Assembly: GCA_965223265.1 (NCBI GenBank)
Contig: OZ244999.1
Span: forward strand, 8,960,001-9,024,000
DNA length: 64,000 nt
Reading direction: 5' to 3'
Source of the DNA: Planctomycetota bacterium
GTDB taxonomy: Bacteria > Planctomycetota > UBA8108 > SXIK01
Made by a program: the position numbers and the translations under genes. Shown here piece by piece: positions 1 through 12,880 of the stretch; position 1 is the stretch's first letter; each line of letters begins with the position of its first letter. Under the pieces are notes generated by a model. The model had not been told where the DNA came from and made no database searches. It saw only the letters and a list, made by a program, of their open reading frames with translations.

Positions 1-335
1 AATCTCTTTCGGCGCTACGCCCGTGTCGCGGCGCAAGATTCGGGAGCCGTGCGGCGCGATCGAGAATCCGCGCGCGTTTGACGGCTTCAACACCAGAGAC
101 ACGCGGGTTTCTCGTCCCCAGACGAACGACCGCCCGTTCGGCTGCCTCGCAGTCGGAGCCTTCACCCGACGCCTGCAAGAAGTGGCGAGCCCGAGCGTTT
201 CTTTCCGTCTTTTTTTGCGAGACGTTGGAGTCATCGCCGGTCTGAAGGTCGCATCGTCCGGCGTCGATTTGGTATCCTGGAGGCTGCAGATCGTTTCGTG
301 CCGCCCCCTAACAGTGACCGCCCAGGCCTGATCCC

Positions 336-3300
336 ATGCTCAAGGTCGCTCGACTTCTTTTGTTTTGCGAACGTCCTCCTCGTGCACGTAGTCAATCGAG
401 GTCGGCCACGCCACACTTTTTCGCGTTGACGTACGCAGCGTTGCTCGCGAGTCTATCGATCTCGCTGCCTGCTGAGCTGTGCGCCGAAGACGAGACTGTC
501 GACTTCAACGTCGACATCCGGCCGATTTTGTCGGACAACTGCTACCAGTGTCACGGGCCGGACGAGAAGAAGCGACAGGCCAACCTTCGTCTCGACACCG
601 AAGCTGGAGCGTTCGCCGACCTCGGCGGGTACTTCGCGGTTGTCGCCGGGCATCCGACCTCCAGCGAGCTCTATCGTCGTGTCTCGAGTTCGGATCCGGA
701 CGAACGGATGCCACCCCCTTCGGCGGAGAGACAGCTCTCGGATCGTCAGATCGCACTGCTGAAGCGTTGGATCGAAGAAGGAGCGAAGTGGGAAGGGCAT
801 TGGTCGTTCGTGCCGCCGAAGTCCCCTGAGCCGCCGCGTGTGCGCGACCAGCATTGGTTGCGTAATCCGATCGACGCGTTCGTCTTGGCGCGGCTCGAAG
901 CAGCAGGGTTAGAACCGTCCCCAGAGGCGCAGCGGACGACCCTGATCCGGCGCGCGAGTTTCGACCTCACTGGCTTGCCACCGACTCCAGCCGACGTCGA
1001 GACCTTTCTCGCGGACGAGAGTCCGCAAGCGTTCGCAAACGTCGTCGATCGCCTACTAGCTTCGCCGCGCTATGGCGAACGCATGGCGTTTCGGTGGCTT
1101 GAGGCATCGCGCTACGCCGACACCAACGGATACCAAAGCGATGGTGAACGATCGATGTGGCGCTGGCGTGACTGGGTCATCGATGCGTTTAACGATAACA
1201 TGCCGTTCGATCAGTTCACGGTCGAACAGCTCGCGGGAGATCTGTTGCCCGCGCCAACCCTCGAGCAGCGAATCGCTACCGGATTTAACCGCAATCATCG
1301 TGGTAACGGAGAGGGCGGTGTGATCGCGGAAGAGTATCTCGTCGAGTATGTCGTCGATCGCGTTGACACGACGGCGACCGTTTGGATGGGGCTGACGATG
1401 AACTGCGCGAGATGCCACGACCACAAGTATGACCCGATCAGCCAACAGGACTTCTACGGCGTCTTCGCGTTTTTTCATAACGTGCCCGAACGCGGCAAGG
1501 CGGTGAAGTATGGCAACTCGGCGCCGATGATTCCCGCGCCGACGCGCGAGCAGCAACGGCAGCTTGCCGCGCATGACGACGAGATCGCTCGTGCGGGAGC
1601 CAAGTTTGATAGCCTCAGTGACGCTATCGACACCGCGCAAGCGGAATGGGAACGCGGGATCTCTAGCCAAGGAGATCGGATAGTGTGGGCGCCGACCGAT
1701 GATCTGGTGGTGCACGTCGGTCTCGATGACACCCTGGCGGTTAGCGCAGCCTTTGCGGCAGCGCGGCGTGGGGCGGTGTTTCAGACGGAAGACCCGGCAG
1801 GTGGCGACGCCGCGCGCGAGGCTGGATCCTCGCTCGAAGTCGAGCCAACCTGGCATGGAGGTCAGCCGGCGTTCGTCAGCGGTCGTATCGATCGAGCGGC
1901 GCAGTTCGACGGCTCCAGCTTCGTTGACGTCGGCGATGTCGGCAAGTTCGGTTTTTACGACAAGTTCACCTGTGCTGCATGGATCAACCTGCAAAGCGGC
2001 GCTAGCGGTGGCATTGTGACGCGGATGCCCGACGCGCGACCGTTTGCTGGCTACAACTTTCACGTTGAGGACCGGAAGCTGCAGGCGAACTTTGTGCGGC
2101 GTTGGCTGGACGACGCCATACGCGTCGAGACCGTCGAGCGCCTCGATCTCGGACGCTGGTATCACGTAGCAATGACTTACGACGGTTCGCGCACCGCCGC
2201 AGGCGTGAAGATCTACGTCGACGGTGTGGAGCAACCACTCAAGGTTCACGTCGACGAGCTGAATCAGTCGTTCGAGACGGACTCGCCGCTGCGCATCGGG
2301 GCGCGCGGCAAGGTAGATTTCTTTCATGGCAGCCTCGACGAAGTGCGTGTCTACGGCGCTGCGCTCTCGGCAGCCGAGGTCTCGGTCGTTGCGGCGCCCG
2401 ACAGTATCGACGAAATCGCCGCGATTCCCGCAGCGGAGCGAACGGCTCGGCAGCAAGATAAACTGAGAGCGCACTTCCTGTCCGTCGCTGCGCCGCAGGA
2501 GATCCGGGACGCCCACCGCCGTGTCCGTGAGCTCATCGATGCGCGCGCCGAGCTGGTTGAGAGTTTTCCGACAACGATGGTGATGCAAGAGCGTTCCGAG
2601 CCGCGAACCACGCATGTACTGATTCGCGGCGAGTACGACAAGCCGGGTGAAATCGTTGAGCCTGGTGTGCCGAAGAGCCTGCCACCGATACCGGCCGGGG
2701 CGCCGATGAACCGCCTCGGACTTGCACGATGGATTGTCGATCCAAGCCACCCGCTCACAGCGAGGGTGGTCGTCAATCGCATCTGGCAGATGTATTTTGG
2801 TCGTGGACTCGTTAAGACCGTGGAGGACTTCGGCTCCCAGGGCGATCGACCCACACACCCTAAGCTCCTCGACTGGTTGGCCACGGAGCTTGTGCGGAGT
2901 GGGTGGAACTTGAAGTCGCTCCACCGGACGATCGTCACCAGTGCCACTTATCGCCAGACGTCTCGCGTGACACCGGAACGCGTCGATCGTGACCCAGGGA
3001 ACGAGCTGCTTGGGCGTGGTCCTCGATTTCGACTCTCGGCGCCTATGATTCGCGATCAAGCCCTCGCCGTGAGTGGGCTTCTCGTCGAGCGTGCGGGTGG
3101 CCCTTCGGTGAAGCCGTATCAGCCGCCCGGTTTGTGGAAAGAAGTGTCCGGCTACGCCTACGTCTCCGACACCGGCGAAGGACTGTACCGCCGTAGCCTC
3201 TACACTTTTTGGAAGCGGACAGTCGCTCCGCCGACGATGACGACCTTCGACGCGTCGGGGCGTGAAGCGTGCGCCGTGCGCGAGACGCGGACGAATACTC

Positions 3301-3641
3301 CCCTTCAGGCGCTCGCTCTCATGAATGACGTAACGTTCGTCGAGGCCGCACGCGTACTTGCTGAACGGACGTTGAAGCAGGCGGAGACCCCAGCGGAGCG
3401 TTTGCGATTTGCCTTTCGTCTCGCCACCGCTCGCTTGCCGAACGACACGGAGCTGGCGGTGCTCGGTGCGGGACTCGAAGCGCACCTCGACAGCTACCGT
3501 AGTGATCCGGCAGCTGCGGACTCGTTCACGAGTATCGGTGATTCGCCGCGAGACGGTGCGGTCGATGTGCCGGAGCTGGCTGCGTACACCGCGGTTTGCA
3601 GCCTGATCTTGAACCTCGACGAAGTGGTCACTAAGGAATAG
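336..3641 (+). CDS. Planctomycete cytochrome c (PSCyt1) / DUF1549 / LamG-like / DUF1553 protein
   Basis: CYQCH and CARCH haem motifs; [20 protein letters not shown] (DUF1549); [19 protein letters not shown] and [12 protein letters not shown] (DUF1553); [21 protein letters not shown] (LamG/concanavalin insert). True start may be slightly downstream. Confidence 0.9.
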   Translation: MLKVARLLLFCERPPRARSQSRSATPHFFALTYAALLASLSISLPAELCAEDETVDFNVDIRPILSDNCYQCHGPDEKKRQANLRLDTEAGAFADLGGYFAVVAGHPTSSELYRRVSSSDPDERMPPPSAERQLSDRQIALLKRWIEEGAKWEGHWSFVPPKSPEPPRVRDQHWLRNPIDAFVLARLEAAGLEPSPEAQRTTLIRRASFDLTGLPPTPADVETFLADESPQAFANVVDRLLASPRYGERMAFRWLEASRYADTNGYQSDGERSMWRWRDWVIDAFNDNMPFDQFTVEQLAGDLLPAPTLEQRIATGFNRNHRGNGEGGVIAEEYLVEYVVDRVDTTATVWMGLTMNCARCHDHKYDPISQQDFYGVFAFFHNVPERGKAVKYGNSAPMIPAPTREQQRQLAAHDDEIARAGAKFDSLSDAIDTAQAEWERGISSQGDRIVWAPTDDLVVHVGLDDTLAVSAAFAAARRGAVFQTEDPAGGDAAREAGSSLEVEPTWHGGQPAFVSGRIDRAAQFDGSSFVDVGDVGKFGFYDKFTCAAWINLQSGASGGIVTRMPDARPFAGYNFHVEDRKLQANFVRRWLDDAIRVETVERLDLGRWYHVAMTYDGSRTAAGVKIYVDGVEQPLKVHVDELNQSFETDSPLRIGARGKVDFFHGSLDEVRVYGAALSAAEVSVVAAPDSIDEIAAIPAAERTARQQDKLRAHFLSVAAPQEIRDAHRRVRELIDARAELVESFPTTMVMQERSEPRTTHVLIRGEYDKPGEIVEPGVPKSLPPIPAGAPMNRLGLARWIVDPSHPLTARVVVNRIWQMYFGRGLVKTVEDFGSQGDRPTHPKLLDWLATELVRSGWNLKSLHRTIVTSATYRQTSRVTPERVDRDPGNELLGRGPRFRLSAPMIRDQALAVSGLLVERAGGPSVKPYQPPGLWKEVSGYAYVSDTGEGLYRRSLYTFWKRTVAPPTMTTFDASGREACAVRETRTNTPLQALALMNDVTFVEAARVLAERTLKQAETPAERLRFAFRLATARLPNDTELAVLGAGLEAHLDSYRSDPAAADSFTSIGDSPRDGAVDVPELAAYTAVCSLILNLDEVVTKE

Positions 3642-3667
3642 GAGAATTGGCGATGGTCGGAGATTCG

Positions 3668-5143
<1,476 letters not shown>

Positions 5144-5229
5144 GTTGGACGTCGATGGCAGGCGTGATTGGCGGCAGAGAGTCAGCGTTCAGCGCGACGG
5201 TCATCACAAATGGCTACCACGGCACGAGA

Positions 5230-6171
5230 ATGAGCGATCTACCCACCGCCAATGATGCGACCGCTCGCACCGACGGCCGACGACGAGTCGCCTTGGTGCT
5301 GCTTGGTGTCGTGGCCTGTGGGTTGGGCGTCTTCGCTGCTACTGGGTACGCCCGGGAGCACTGGTATCTATGGCAGCTACGAGAAGGCGACGAGCCGGCG
5401 CGCATTGCAGCTGCACGTGTGCTCGGCGAGATGGGTTCGACGCGGGCGGTCCCGGATCTCATCGCAGCGCTCAAGGCCGTGCCGCGACCGATAATAGACC
5501 GCCAGATCGTCTGCGCGACGTTGGGGATTGAGAGCGCGGAAGCGGCGCACTATTCAGTCGCCGCGCTGGCCGCGATTGGCGAGCCCGCGGTCGACTCGCT
5601 CATGGCGTTGGTCGGAGAGACTCGCTCGCATTCCAGCGCCTTGGCGGCTGAGACTCTCCTGCGCATGGGCGAAGTGGCGGTACCGGCGTTGACGGAAGCT
5701 CTTGGACATGAAAATCGGGGCGTCCGATCTGCTGCGCGCCTGGCCTTGGCACAGATGGGCGAGCGCGCGCGGCCGGGAGTTCCGGCGCTTCTCAACGCGC
5801 TCGAACATGGGAACACGGAGGCGCGGCGCGGTGCAGCGTATGTCCTAGGAGTGCTTGGTTTCGAGCAGCCGAAGATCGTCGAGGCACTTGTCGCAACTCT
5901 CACCGATGCAGACGATGAAGCGCGATGGGAATCGACGGTCGCGTTGTCCACCTATGGCGCTCTGGCCAAGGAGGCAGTTCCTGGCCTGACGTTGGCGCTC
6001 GGCGACGCGAGCTGGCAGGTGCGTCGCGGTGCCGCTGCTGCTCTTGGAGCCGTGGGACCGGCCGCTACCGCGGCGCTGGGCGAGCTGCGCGTGCTCGCCG
6101 AAGGGGATGCCGAAGTCCTGGTGCGGGAAGAAGCCGGGAGCGCGCTCGAGCGGATTTCCTCCAGGCGCTGA
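5230..6171 (+). CDS. Membrane-anchored HEAT/PBS-repeat protein
   Basis: N-terminal hydrophobic helix, then repeated AVPALxxALxDxxxxVRxxAAxALG units; ATG at 5230 chosen within the longer ORF 5041-6171. Confidence 0.8.
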   Translation: MSDLPTANDATARTDGRRRVALVLLGVVACGLGVFAATGYAREHWYLWQLREGDEPARIAAARVLGEMGSTRAVPDLIAALKAVPRPIIDRQIVCATLGIESAEAAHYSVAALAAIGEPAVDSLMALVGETRSHSSALAAETLLRMGEVAVPALTEALGHENRGVRSAARLALAQMGERARPGVPALLNALEHGNTEARRGAAYVLGVLGFEQPKIVEALVATLTDADDEARWESTVALSTYGALAKEAVPGLTLALGDASWQVRRGAAAALGAVGPAATAALGELRVLAEGDAEVLVREEAGSALERISSRR

Positions 6172-6315
6172 AAGCTCGCTCAACCACGCTTCAACATTGG
6201 GAGCGAATCACGGTGCCTCCCGGCGATGAATTCCCGGTGAGCGGGTGAATGTCCATCTTCGAGTGAGAATCTATGCGGACACGATCGGCGGGTGAGTGTA
6301 AACGCTTACGTCCTG

Positions 6316-8973
6316 TCAGCGAATGAATGTAGATTTCACGCGTTCCGACATCACCATGTACGGACAAAAGATGAGAGAGCCAATACCTGCCACGATGATC
6401 TCCCTCGTCTCTTCCCGACTGACAGCTTGGGCGAGTATAGGGATCTTCATGACTATGGCTTCGTCTAAACCAAGAAAGATGAGGCTGAGAAGTGAGGTGA
6501 TGATGTATGCAGAGGGAAAAAGTTTTCGCTTCGCAAAGAACAAATAGATCAGCGTCAGCGAAAAGATACCGAACGAAACATTGGCGATCACTTCCATGAC
6601 CAGCAGTGGAGCGATCAGCGGATGATAAGACTCGCCGGCTGGCATGGCGAATTCCTGCCAGATGTCGAGCGAGAAATATGCGTTGGTCGCTTCCGACATG
6701 GATGCGACGATCTTTAAAGGTGAAACACAGACACCAAAGCCAACTAGAATAAGCAAGCCTCTGAAGGGCGGGGCTTGCTTCATTTCAGTTTGAGCGCTGG
6801 TCGCTCTAAATCGTGGTGTACGGCAAAGCCAGAGCATGGCGACGGCGAAGAGAACGCTGTGGCAGACAGCAGTCATCACCATCGCCCAGTTAACACCGTC
6901 CGCAGCGGCGACTTGTCCGTCGTTCGTCTGTCTCTGCTTGCTTTCGTCGGCACGCTCGAGATAGTTTCCGAGCGACTCCTCGAACTCTTCGACTTTCGTG
7001 AGGTAGTCCGCGATTTCTTCCGGCCTTACCTCGTCTTTCTTGGTTTCAAGCTCGTAGAAGAAAACTATTTCGCTGTCAGAAGAGCGAGTGGAGCAATGAA
7101 ACGAAAACGCCTCGTGTGAGACCATGATTTGATCATCACTCACGTCCCAATCCTCGGGAAGCCGCACGGCAATTTCATGCTGTTTTCGCAGCGGATAGGA
7201 GAGCTCGACAGGCATTGTGCGCAAACGCGTTCTGGGTTCAGTCAGCACCGAGTTAAGACTGTCCGGATAAAACGACGCTGTAGGTCGTTGGTCGTCACCT
7301 GAAGAACTCCAAAGATCCTTTATTCGATACTCTTCGGCCACCTTGATCACGTTGTTTACTTCATCGTCTTCGACCTTCAGATCTCCGTGGATCGCGATTC
7401 CGTCGTAGAACTTCGCATAGTAATTCAAATAGTCGTCTTGAAGAGTCCGACGATCGGTTTCTGACAACGTCATTCGCATGCCGTCCGCATCGCCGCCGAA
7501 ATACGTTGTAGCGATACGAACCGAAGTCGCCTCGTCATACGAAGCGATGTCGAAGTCCTCCCGAACACGAGTCTCGGGTGTGCTCTCCTTTGGCACGATC
7601 ACCGGCTCCAGCTGCGTGTTCCCGGGCCGGATGACCAAAGCATAACCGTATTGGGGTAGATACAGGTTCTGCAGCTTCCCGCGTTGATAGGTCCTTGTTG
7701 GGTCCACCCAGACCTCGCTTCCAGGCACTCGAACTTTCACGATCACGTGATTGAACGCGTTTGGTGACGGCAGGCGATCCGCGAGAGACTTTCGGATCGA
7801 CGTGTTCACCAGGGCGGGATAACACTCGATGTCCATTGCTCGCAGAAACGTACAAAGCAAATATGCCTTATCTTTGCAGTCACCGAATCTCCGTTGGAAA
7901 GTGTGAACGGGCACAGAAGGTCGGTATGATCCGGGTCCAAGCTCGATTCCGAGATATCTCAGCTCGTCTTGCACGAAACGAATTGCCGCGCTCGCCCTTG
8001 CCGCGCTGGAGCTGTGGGCGTTTTCCCAGCGCTCAACCAGCTCAGACATTTCTGGAGTCAAAGAGTCCTCCACAGATGTGTAGAGATTCAACGCCCAGCG
8101 CACGACGTCGCCCCAGCTGTCGAAATCGCTGAGTTCGACATAAGAATAGGCCTCGTAGTGACTCGGAGACCGATCCTCCAAGATCAACGCCGGCTGCGGC
8201 GAGATTTCCCACACGAACTCTGTAGCGTCGCCGTCTTTCGTAATGTGAGGATCGAAAGCATCTCGATGCGCGCGCCATCGAAGTGACCCCTCCTTCGACC
8301 ACCGTACTCGGTAGTACTGCCTCTCTATCGGAACAGACCAGCGGACGTATAGACGACTCGAGTAATGTCCGTCCAAGACGGGGTTAGTTCCTCGATGTGT
8401 GTACGAGTACTCCACTACATCGCCGACGCGGAGGTCTCCTAGAAGCACCACGGCTGAATAGCGGCCGTCATAGATGTCGTTCGCTAACCGAGATTCTGGC
8501 TGAATGATCTTAACTGCACCGTCGTCAAGCTGTGTCCTTTCCTTCCCTTCACGGTGTACGTTGACTTTGTGGATCGTCAGCTCTTCAAAACTTGGATCGA
8601 AAGATACTGTCACGGTACCGTTCTCTTGAACGCCGGTCTCGTTTAGCATTTCGCGAACGTGGTGCGAATAAGTCTCTTCGTTCTCTGGATGTGCTTGATA
8701 TACCGTGAGTATGTAGCGAGTGGCGACGCCCGCATTTGGGTCGACCGACGACAGACTTCGACTCCAGTCGACGGTGTGTACCCAGTCGGGTTTCGGAGCA
8801 ATACGGACCTCCGGCGTTTCAGCCGCCGTCGCCGCATCGAACATCAGAAAGACGATCGCTAGAACGCAGGATGCCAGTGAACAGTTGATGTGCCCCAAGG
8901 ATCTTCCACTTCGCCGATCGCGAATCGCTCCCGGCGAGTTCCTAAGTGGTTGAGGTGATTGGATCAGTGACAT
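6316..8973 (-). CDS. DUF3857 / transglutaminase-like / DUF2569 membrane protein
   Basis: DLRVGDVVEYSYT (DUF3857), FGDCKDKA..FNHVIV..WVDPT (Cys-His-Asp triad), C-terminal TM bundle ending PYMVMSERVKSTFIR (DUF2569-like). Confidence 0.85.
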   Translation of the reverse strand: MSLIQSPQPLRNSPGAIRDRRSGRSLGHINCSLASCVLAIVFLMFDAATAAETPEVRIAPKPDWVHTVDWSRSLSSVDPNAGVATRYILTVYQAHPENEETYSHHVREMLNETGVQENGTVTVSFDPSFEELTIHKVNVHREGKERTQLDDGAVKIIQPESRLANDIYDGRYSAVVLLGDLRVGDVVEYSYTHRGTNPVLDGHYSSRLYVRWSVPIERQYYRVRWSKEGSLRWRAHRDAFDPHITKDGDATEFVWEISPQPALILEDRSPSHYEAYSYVELSDFDSWGDVVRWALNLYTSVEDSLTPEMSELVERWENAHSSSAARASAAIRFVQDELRYLGIELGPGSYRPSVPVHTFQRRFGDCKDKAYLLCTFLRAMDIECYPALVNTSIRKSLADRLPSPNAFNHVIVKVRVPGSEVWVDPTRTYQRGKLQNLYLPQYGYALVIRPGNTQLEPVIVPKESTPETRVREDFDIASYDEATSVRIATTYFGGDADGMRMTLSETDRRTLQDDYLNYYAKFYDGIAIHGDLKVEDDEVNNVIKVAEEYRIKDLWSSSGDDQRPTASFYPDSLNSVLTEPRTRLRTMPVELSYPLRKQHEIAVRLPEDWDVSDDQIMVSHEAFSFHCSTRSSDSEIVFFYELETKKDEVRPEEIADYLTKVEEFEESLGNYLERADESKQRQTNDGQVAAADGVNWAMVMTAVCHSVLFAVAMLWLCRTPRFRATSAQTEMKQAPPFRGLLILVGFGVCVSPLKIVASMSEATNAYFSLDIWQEFAMPAGESYHPLIAPLLVMEVIANVSFGIFSLTLIYLFFAKRKLFPSAYIITSLLSLIFLGLDEAIVMKIPILAQAVSREETREIIVAGIGSLIFCPYMVMSERVKSTFIR

Positions 8974-9069
8974 TGTGCCGCGATTTCATGACTGAATTGG
9001 AGGTCTGCGGGCGATTGTCCACGCAGGGTCAGAGGCTAACAGACCGAGAGTCACCAGATTTTCCGAGCA

Positions 9070-10053
9070 CTAAGCGTAACCCTCATCGCGAAACCACTTC
9101 ACCGCCTTTTCGAGCGCAACTTCTGGTGCGGTCTGTGGCAGCCCGAGCGCATCGACCGCCTTGCGGGCGCTGAAGAACATTGTCTTGCGCGCGATTTTGA
9201 CGCTTTCGAGCGGAATAGCAGGCGGTCGTCCCGTCACACGTGCTATCGCCGTGCTGGCGGCAGCGGCGGACCAAGCCATGGTGTACGGAACGCGGCGGCG
9301 CGGCGCGCGAATGCCGGTCAGCTGCGCTAGGATTGTGAAGATCTGCTTTAGGTGCAGGTTCTGATTGCCGAGTATGTAGCGCTCTCCGACCTTGCCACGA
9401 TCCGCCGCGAGGAGATGTCCGGCGGCGACGTCTTCGACGTCGACGACGTTGAGACCGGTGTCGAGGTAGGCCTTCATCTTGCCGCGCATGAAGTCGACGA
9501 TCATTTGCCCCGTCGGAGTCGGCTTACGGTCTGCGGCGCCCACTGGTGCGCTCGGGTTGACGATGATCACCGGTGTGCCAGAGGCCGCTAGCTGCTTGAC
9601 CTTCTCCTCAGCGAGAAACTTCGAGCGTTTGTAGTGACCGACCATATCGTTCAGGCTGACATCCGTCTCCTCGTCGGCCGGGGTGCGATCGGCATGCAGG
9701 CCCAACGCGCCGACCGTGCTGGTGTACACGATGCGCTCGACGTTGGCCTGAGCCGCCGCGCTGATCAACTTTTCGGTTCCCGCGACGTTGGTTTCGTACA
9801 TGAGTTGCGGATCGCGCAGCCAAAACGTGTACAGCGCGGCGACGTGAAAGAGGCGGCTACACCCCTCCAGCTTTTCGGCCATGCCGTCGCCGTCAAGAAG
9901 GCTGCCACGCACGACTTCGACACCCGGGAGCGCTTCGAGAAAGTCAGCAGTCGTCGACGGCTGCACGAGCGCGCGCACCTTCTCTCCACGCTCCACGAGC
10001 TGGCGTACGACATGCCAGCCGACGAATCCAGTGCCACCAGTGACGAAATTCAT
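9070..10053 (-). CDS. hpnA: NAD-dependent epimerase/dehydratase, hopanoid-associated HpnA-like
   Basis: FVTGGTGFVG, YKRSK catalytic YxxxK, PTPTGQMIVDF..YLDTGLNVVDVEDVAAGH typical of HpnA/dihydroflavonol-reductase-like proteins. Confidence 0.75.
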   Translation of the reverse strand: MNFVTGGTGFVGWHVVRQLVERGEKVRALVQPSTTADFLEALPGVEVVRGSLLDGDGMAEKLEGCSRLFHVAALYTFWLRDPQLMYETNVAGTEKLISAAAQANVERIVYTSTVGALGLHADRTPADEETDVSLNDMVGHYKRSKFLAEEKVKQLAASGTPVIIVNPSAPVGAADRKPTPTGQMIVDFMRGKMKAYLDTGLNVVDVEDVAAGHLLAADRGKVGERYILGNQNLHLKQIFTILAQLTGIRAPRRRVPYTMAWSAAAASTAIARVTGRPPAIPLESVKIARKTMFFSARKAVDALGLPQTAPEVALEKAVKWFRDEGYA

Positions 10054-10149
10054 GCGCAAAACTATAGTGTCTCGAGTCAAGAATTCGTAGCGTTATGTTT
10101 CGCTCCGAGGCACGCGAAACGACCGCAGTGACGTCGAGAGAGGTCAGCC

Positions 10150-10881
10150 ATGTCCCTACTGAAGGAAAAGATCTGCATTATTACCGGTGCCGGCACAGGG
10201 ATCGGCAAGGGCATCGCGCGGGCTTACGCGCGCGAAGGCGCGAAGCTCGTGCTTGCGTCCCGGCAGCGCGACAATTTGGAGAGGACCGCAGAGGAAGTTC
10301 GTGCAGGCGGTGGTGAGGCGCTTGTTGTCCCAACTGACGTGACCGTCGAGACTCAAGTTGTTGCGCTCTTTGAGAAGACGGTCTCCGAGTTCGGCAGACT
10401 CGACGTGCTGGTCAATAACTCCGGCGTTTTCGACGGTGGACCGATCGACGAACTGTCGTTGGCGACGTGGCAAAAGGTGGTCGATGTGAACTTGACGGGG
10501 CCGTTTCTCTGTTCGCGCGAGGCCATGAAGATCATGAAGCGTCAGCGCGGTGGGCGGATCATCAACGTCGGGAGTATCTCGGCGCAGATGCCGCGCTACA
10601 ACTCTGTGCCGTACACGACGACAAAGCACGGCCTCACGGGCATGACGAAAGCAACCGCACTCGAAGGCCGTGAGTACGGGGTCGTCGTCAGTGCACTACA
10701 TCCGGGCAACGTGCTCACGGAGCGTCGAGCGTCGAGCGACTCCGAAGCTGATCAAGAGCCTATGATGTCGACCGACGAGATCGCCAAGGTTGCGGTGACC
10801 ATGGCTGCACTCGATTCCGGCGTTAATCTTTTAGAGGCGATCGTTCTGCCTGTCGAACAGCTTTACGTCGGGCGCGGATAA
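10150..10881 (+). CDS. SDR family oxidoreductase
   Basis: ITGAGTGIG, NNSG, YTTTK motifs. Confidence 0.9.
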   Translation: MSLLKEKICIITGAGTGIGKGIARAYAREGAKLVLASRQRDNLERTAEEVRAGGGEALVVPTDVTVETQVVALFEKTVSEFGRLDVLVNNSGVFDGGPIDELSLATWQKVVDVNLTGPFLCSREAMKIMKRQRGGRIINVGSISAQMPRYNSVPYTTTKHGLTGMTKATALEGREYGVVVSALHPGNVLTERRASSDSEADQEPMMSTDEIAKVAVTMAALDSGVNLLEAIVLPVEQLYVGRG

Positions 10882-10919
10882 CGACTCTTCAATCTCCACA
10901 CTCATGAAGCTCCAGCACC

Positions 10920-11801
10920 ATGAAACGACTCACCGTTGGACCACTTTACTACGAGTTCAGCCGTCACAACGAGCCGCGCCTGCACATCGAATCTGGCGAG
11001 ACGATTCAAGTTGATGCTGAGGACGCACTCTCTGGTCAAATCCGTACGAACGATGACCGACGCGACAAAGAGGCGATGCCGTACAGCAATCCTCTCACCG
11101 GTCCGATCTTCGTCGAGGGCGCTGAGCCCGGGGATTCACTCGCCGTTGAGATTCACGAGATCCGTCCCAGCATTGGCCAGTGTGCGACACGTACCGCAGC
11201 GCCGCAGCAACTGTGCGAGTGGCTCGGCACAGACTGTCCACATGGAACGCACGTGTGCCGCATCGAAGGCGAGACGATTCATTGGAGCGATGACATCACG
11301 ATTCCATATGCTCCCATGCTCGGCTGTATCGGCACTGCGCCCGAATGGGGCGTTCCGACCACCGGGCCGGCGGGTCCGCACGGCGGCAACCTCGACATCG
11401 TCGAAGTTTGCCCGGGAAGCACGGTTTTTTTGCCGGTCTATATCCCTGGCGCCTATCTCTATCTTGGCGACGCACACGCAGCGATGGGGCACGGCGAACT
11501 TTCGGCCACGGGCCTTGAGATGCCGTCAGAGAGCGTTGTGACCGTCCGCGTGGTCAAAGATCGATCGATTCCCGCGCCGCGCATCGAGACCGCAGACGAG
11601 ATCATGACCATTTCGACCGGATGTCCCATGGAGCGATCCATGGCGCAGGCGTTTGCATGGTTAGCGCTTTGGATGGAGTCAGACTATGGGTGGGAGCGAT
11701 GGAAGGCTTACGATATCTTGACTCACACGGCGCGCGTGTCGATCGGCTACTATGCGATCGGTACGGTCGGAGTGAAGATCGCGAAACGCGTGTTGGGTTG
11801 A
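10920..11801 (+). CDS. Acetamidase/formamidase family protein
   Basis: NPLTGPIFVEGAEPGD, HGGNLD, LGDAHAAMGHGE motifs. Confidence 0.9.
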   Translation: MKRLTVGPLYYEFSRHNEPRLHIESGETIQVDAEDALSGQIRTNDDRRDKEAMPYSNPLTGPIFVEGAEPGDSLAVEIHEIRPSIGQCATRTAAPQQLCEWLGTDCPHGTHVCRIEGETIHWSDDITIPYAPMLGCIGTAPEWGVPTTGPAGPHGGNLDIVEVCPGSTVFLPVYIPGAYLYLGDAHAAMGHGELSATGLEMPSESVVTVRVVKDRSIPAPRIETADEIMTISTGCPMERSMAQAFAWLALWMESDYGWERWKAYDILTHTARVSIGYYAIGTVGVKIAKRVLG

Positions 11802-11931
11802 TCGCCGCGGCCGGGTTGTTTGCCGCACGTCCGGCGGTCTCGGAGTGTGCGGTCTGGCCGCCCCTACTCGCGTCGAGTACGATGTGGCGAAACCCTCCCT
11901 TCTTTGATCGACACGACGACACACCACGCGC

Positions 11932-12825
11932 ATGCTGTTCGACACGCACACTAACTTGATGTGGTACCCCGATCACCTCTCCGACGAGTTCGTCGACTTT
12001 GCGTGGGAGGCGAAGAAGGCGAAGATGAAGCTGTCGCCGGACGTTTACTTCGCGGGTGCTGAAGTTGATGAGAAAAACGCCTTCGACTCGACTCCAGAGG
12101 CGCTCCTCGAAGCGACGCAGCAATGCGCAAAGGTCATCGTCTTTGGCATCAAGGCGCCCTTTTGCGGCATCAATGCCGACCAGGAACTGATCGCGAAGTT
12201 CGTCCGCCAGAATTCAGACCGCTTCATTGGCTGGTGTTCGGTCGATCCCAACGATCGTGACTGCGTCGAGCAGCTTGAGTACTACGTCGAGGAGCTAGGG
12301 TTTCGCGGTCTGAAGTGCTCGCCGATCTATCAGAACTGGAATCCCCAGGATCCCAAACACCTGCCGCTCTTTAAGAAGGCGGAGGCGCTTGGGATTCCCG
12401 TCAACGTCCATCAGGGCACCTCGTTCGTGCGTCCGGGACCACTCAAATATGCGAATCCGATTCTCCTCGAAGACATCGCGGTTGCGTGTCCTGAACTGCG
12501 ACTCATCATCGCGCACATGGGACACCCATGGGAGGATGAGTGCGTTGTCTTCATCCGCAAACACCCAAATCTCTATACGAATATCTCCGCGCTTCACTAC
12601 CGCCCGCTGCGTCACTATCAGGCGTTCATGACGGCCATCGAGTACGGAGTTGAGCACAAGCTGATCTTCGGTTCGGATTTTCCGTCGGCGACCCCGGAGC
12701 AAGTGATCGCAGGCCAATGGAAGGTGAACGACGTTGTCGAGGGGACGAGCTTCCCGCGTGTCTCTGATGAAGTCATCCACCGCATTATCTACGAAAATTG
12801 GAAACAGGTCATCGAACCGACGTAG
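11932..12825 (+). CDS. Amidohydrolase_2 family metal-dependent hydrolase
   Basis: DTHT, GFRGLK, HQG, IAHMGHPW, FGSDFP motifs. Confidence 0.88.
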   Translation: MLFDTHTNLMWYPDHLSDEFVDFAWEAKKAKMKLSPDVYFAGAEVDEKNAFDSTPEALLEATQQCAKVIVFGIKAPFCGINADQELIAKFVRQNSDRFIGWCSVDPNDRDCVEQLEYYVEELGFRGLKCSPIYQNWNPQDPKHLPLFKKAEALGIPVNVHQGTSFVRPGPLKYANPILLEDIAVACPELRLIIAHMGHPWEDECVVFIRKHPNLYTNISALHYRPLRHYQAFMTAIEYGVEHKLIFGSDFPSATPEQVIAGQWKVNDVVEGTSFPRVSDEVIHRIIYENWKQVIEPT

Positions 12826-12880
12826 GGAGCTGCGCCGCTGTTGCGAAGTGCAGAACCCTGCGCGTTGAGGGAGTTACGCT

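Noticed and set aside
1-110. GC-rich hairpins at the window start (AATCT..GGCGCTACGCC..AGATT; GAGCCGT..ACGGCTT)
   Set aside because: Truncated by the edge and no second copy in the window; cannot distinguish a REP from chance structure.
1056-3485. 809-aa minus-strand ORF, and similar long antisense ORFs (15485-16459, 39917-40828, 58936-60123)
   Set aside because: Shadow frames of well-supported genes in high-GC DNA; no motifs.
9070-10053. Hopanoid biosynthesis cluster
   Set aside because: Only the HpnA-like gene is present; no shc or other hpn genes in the window.
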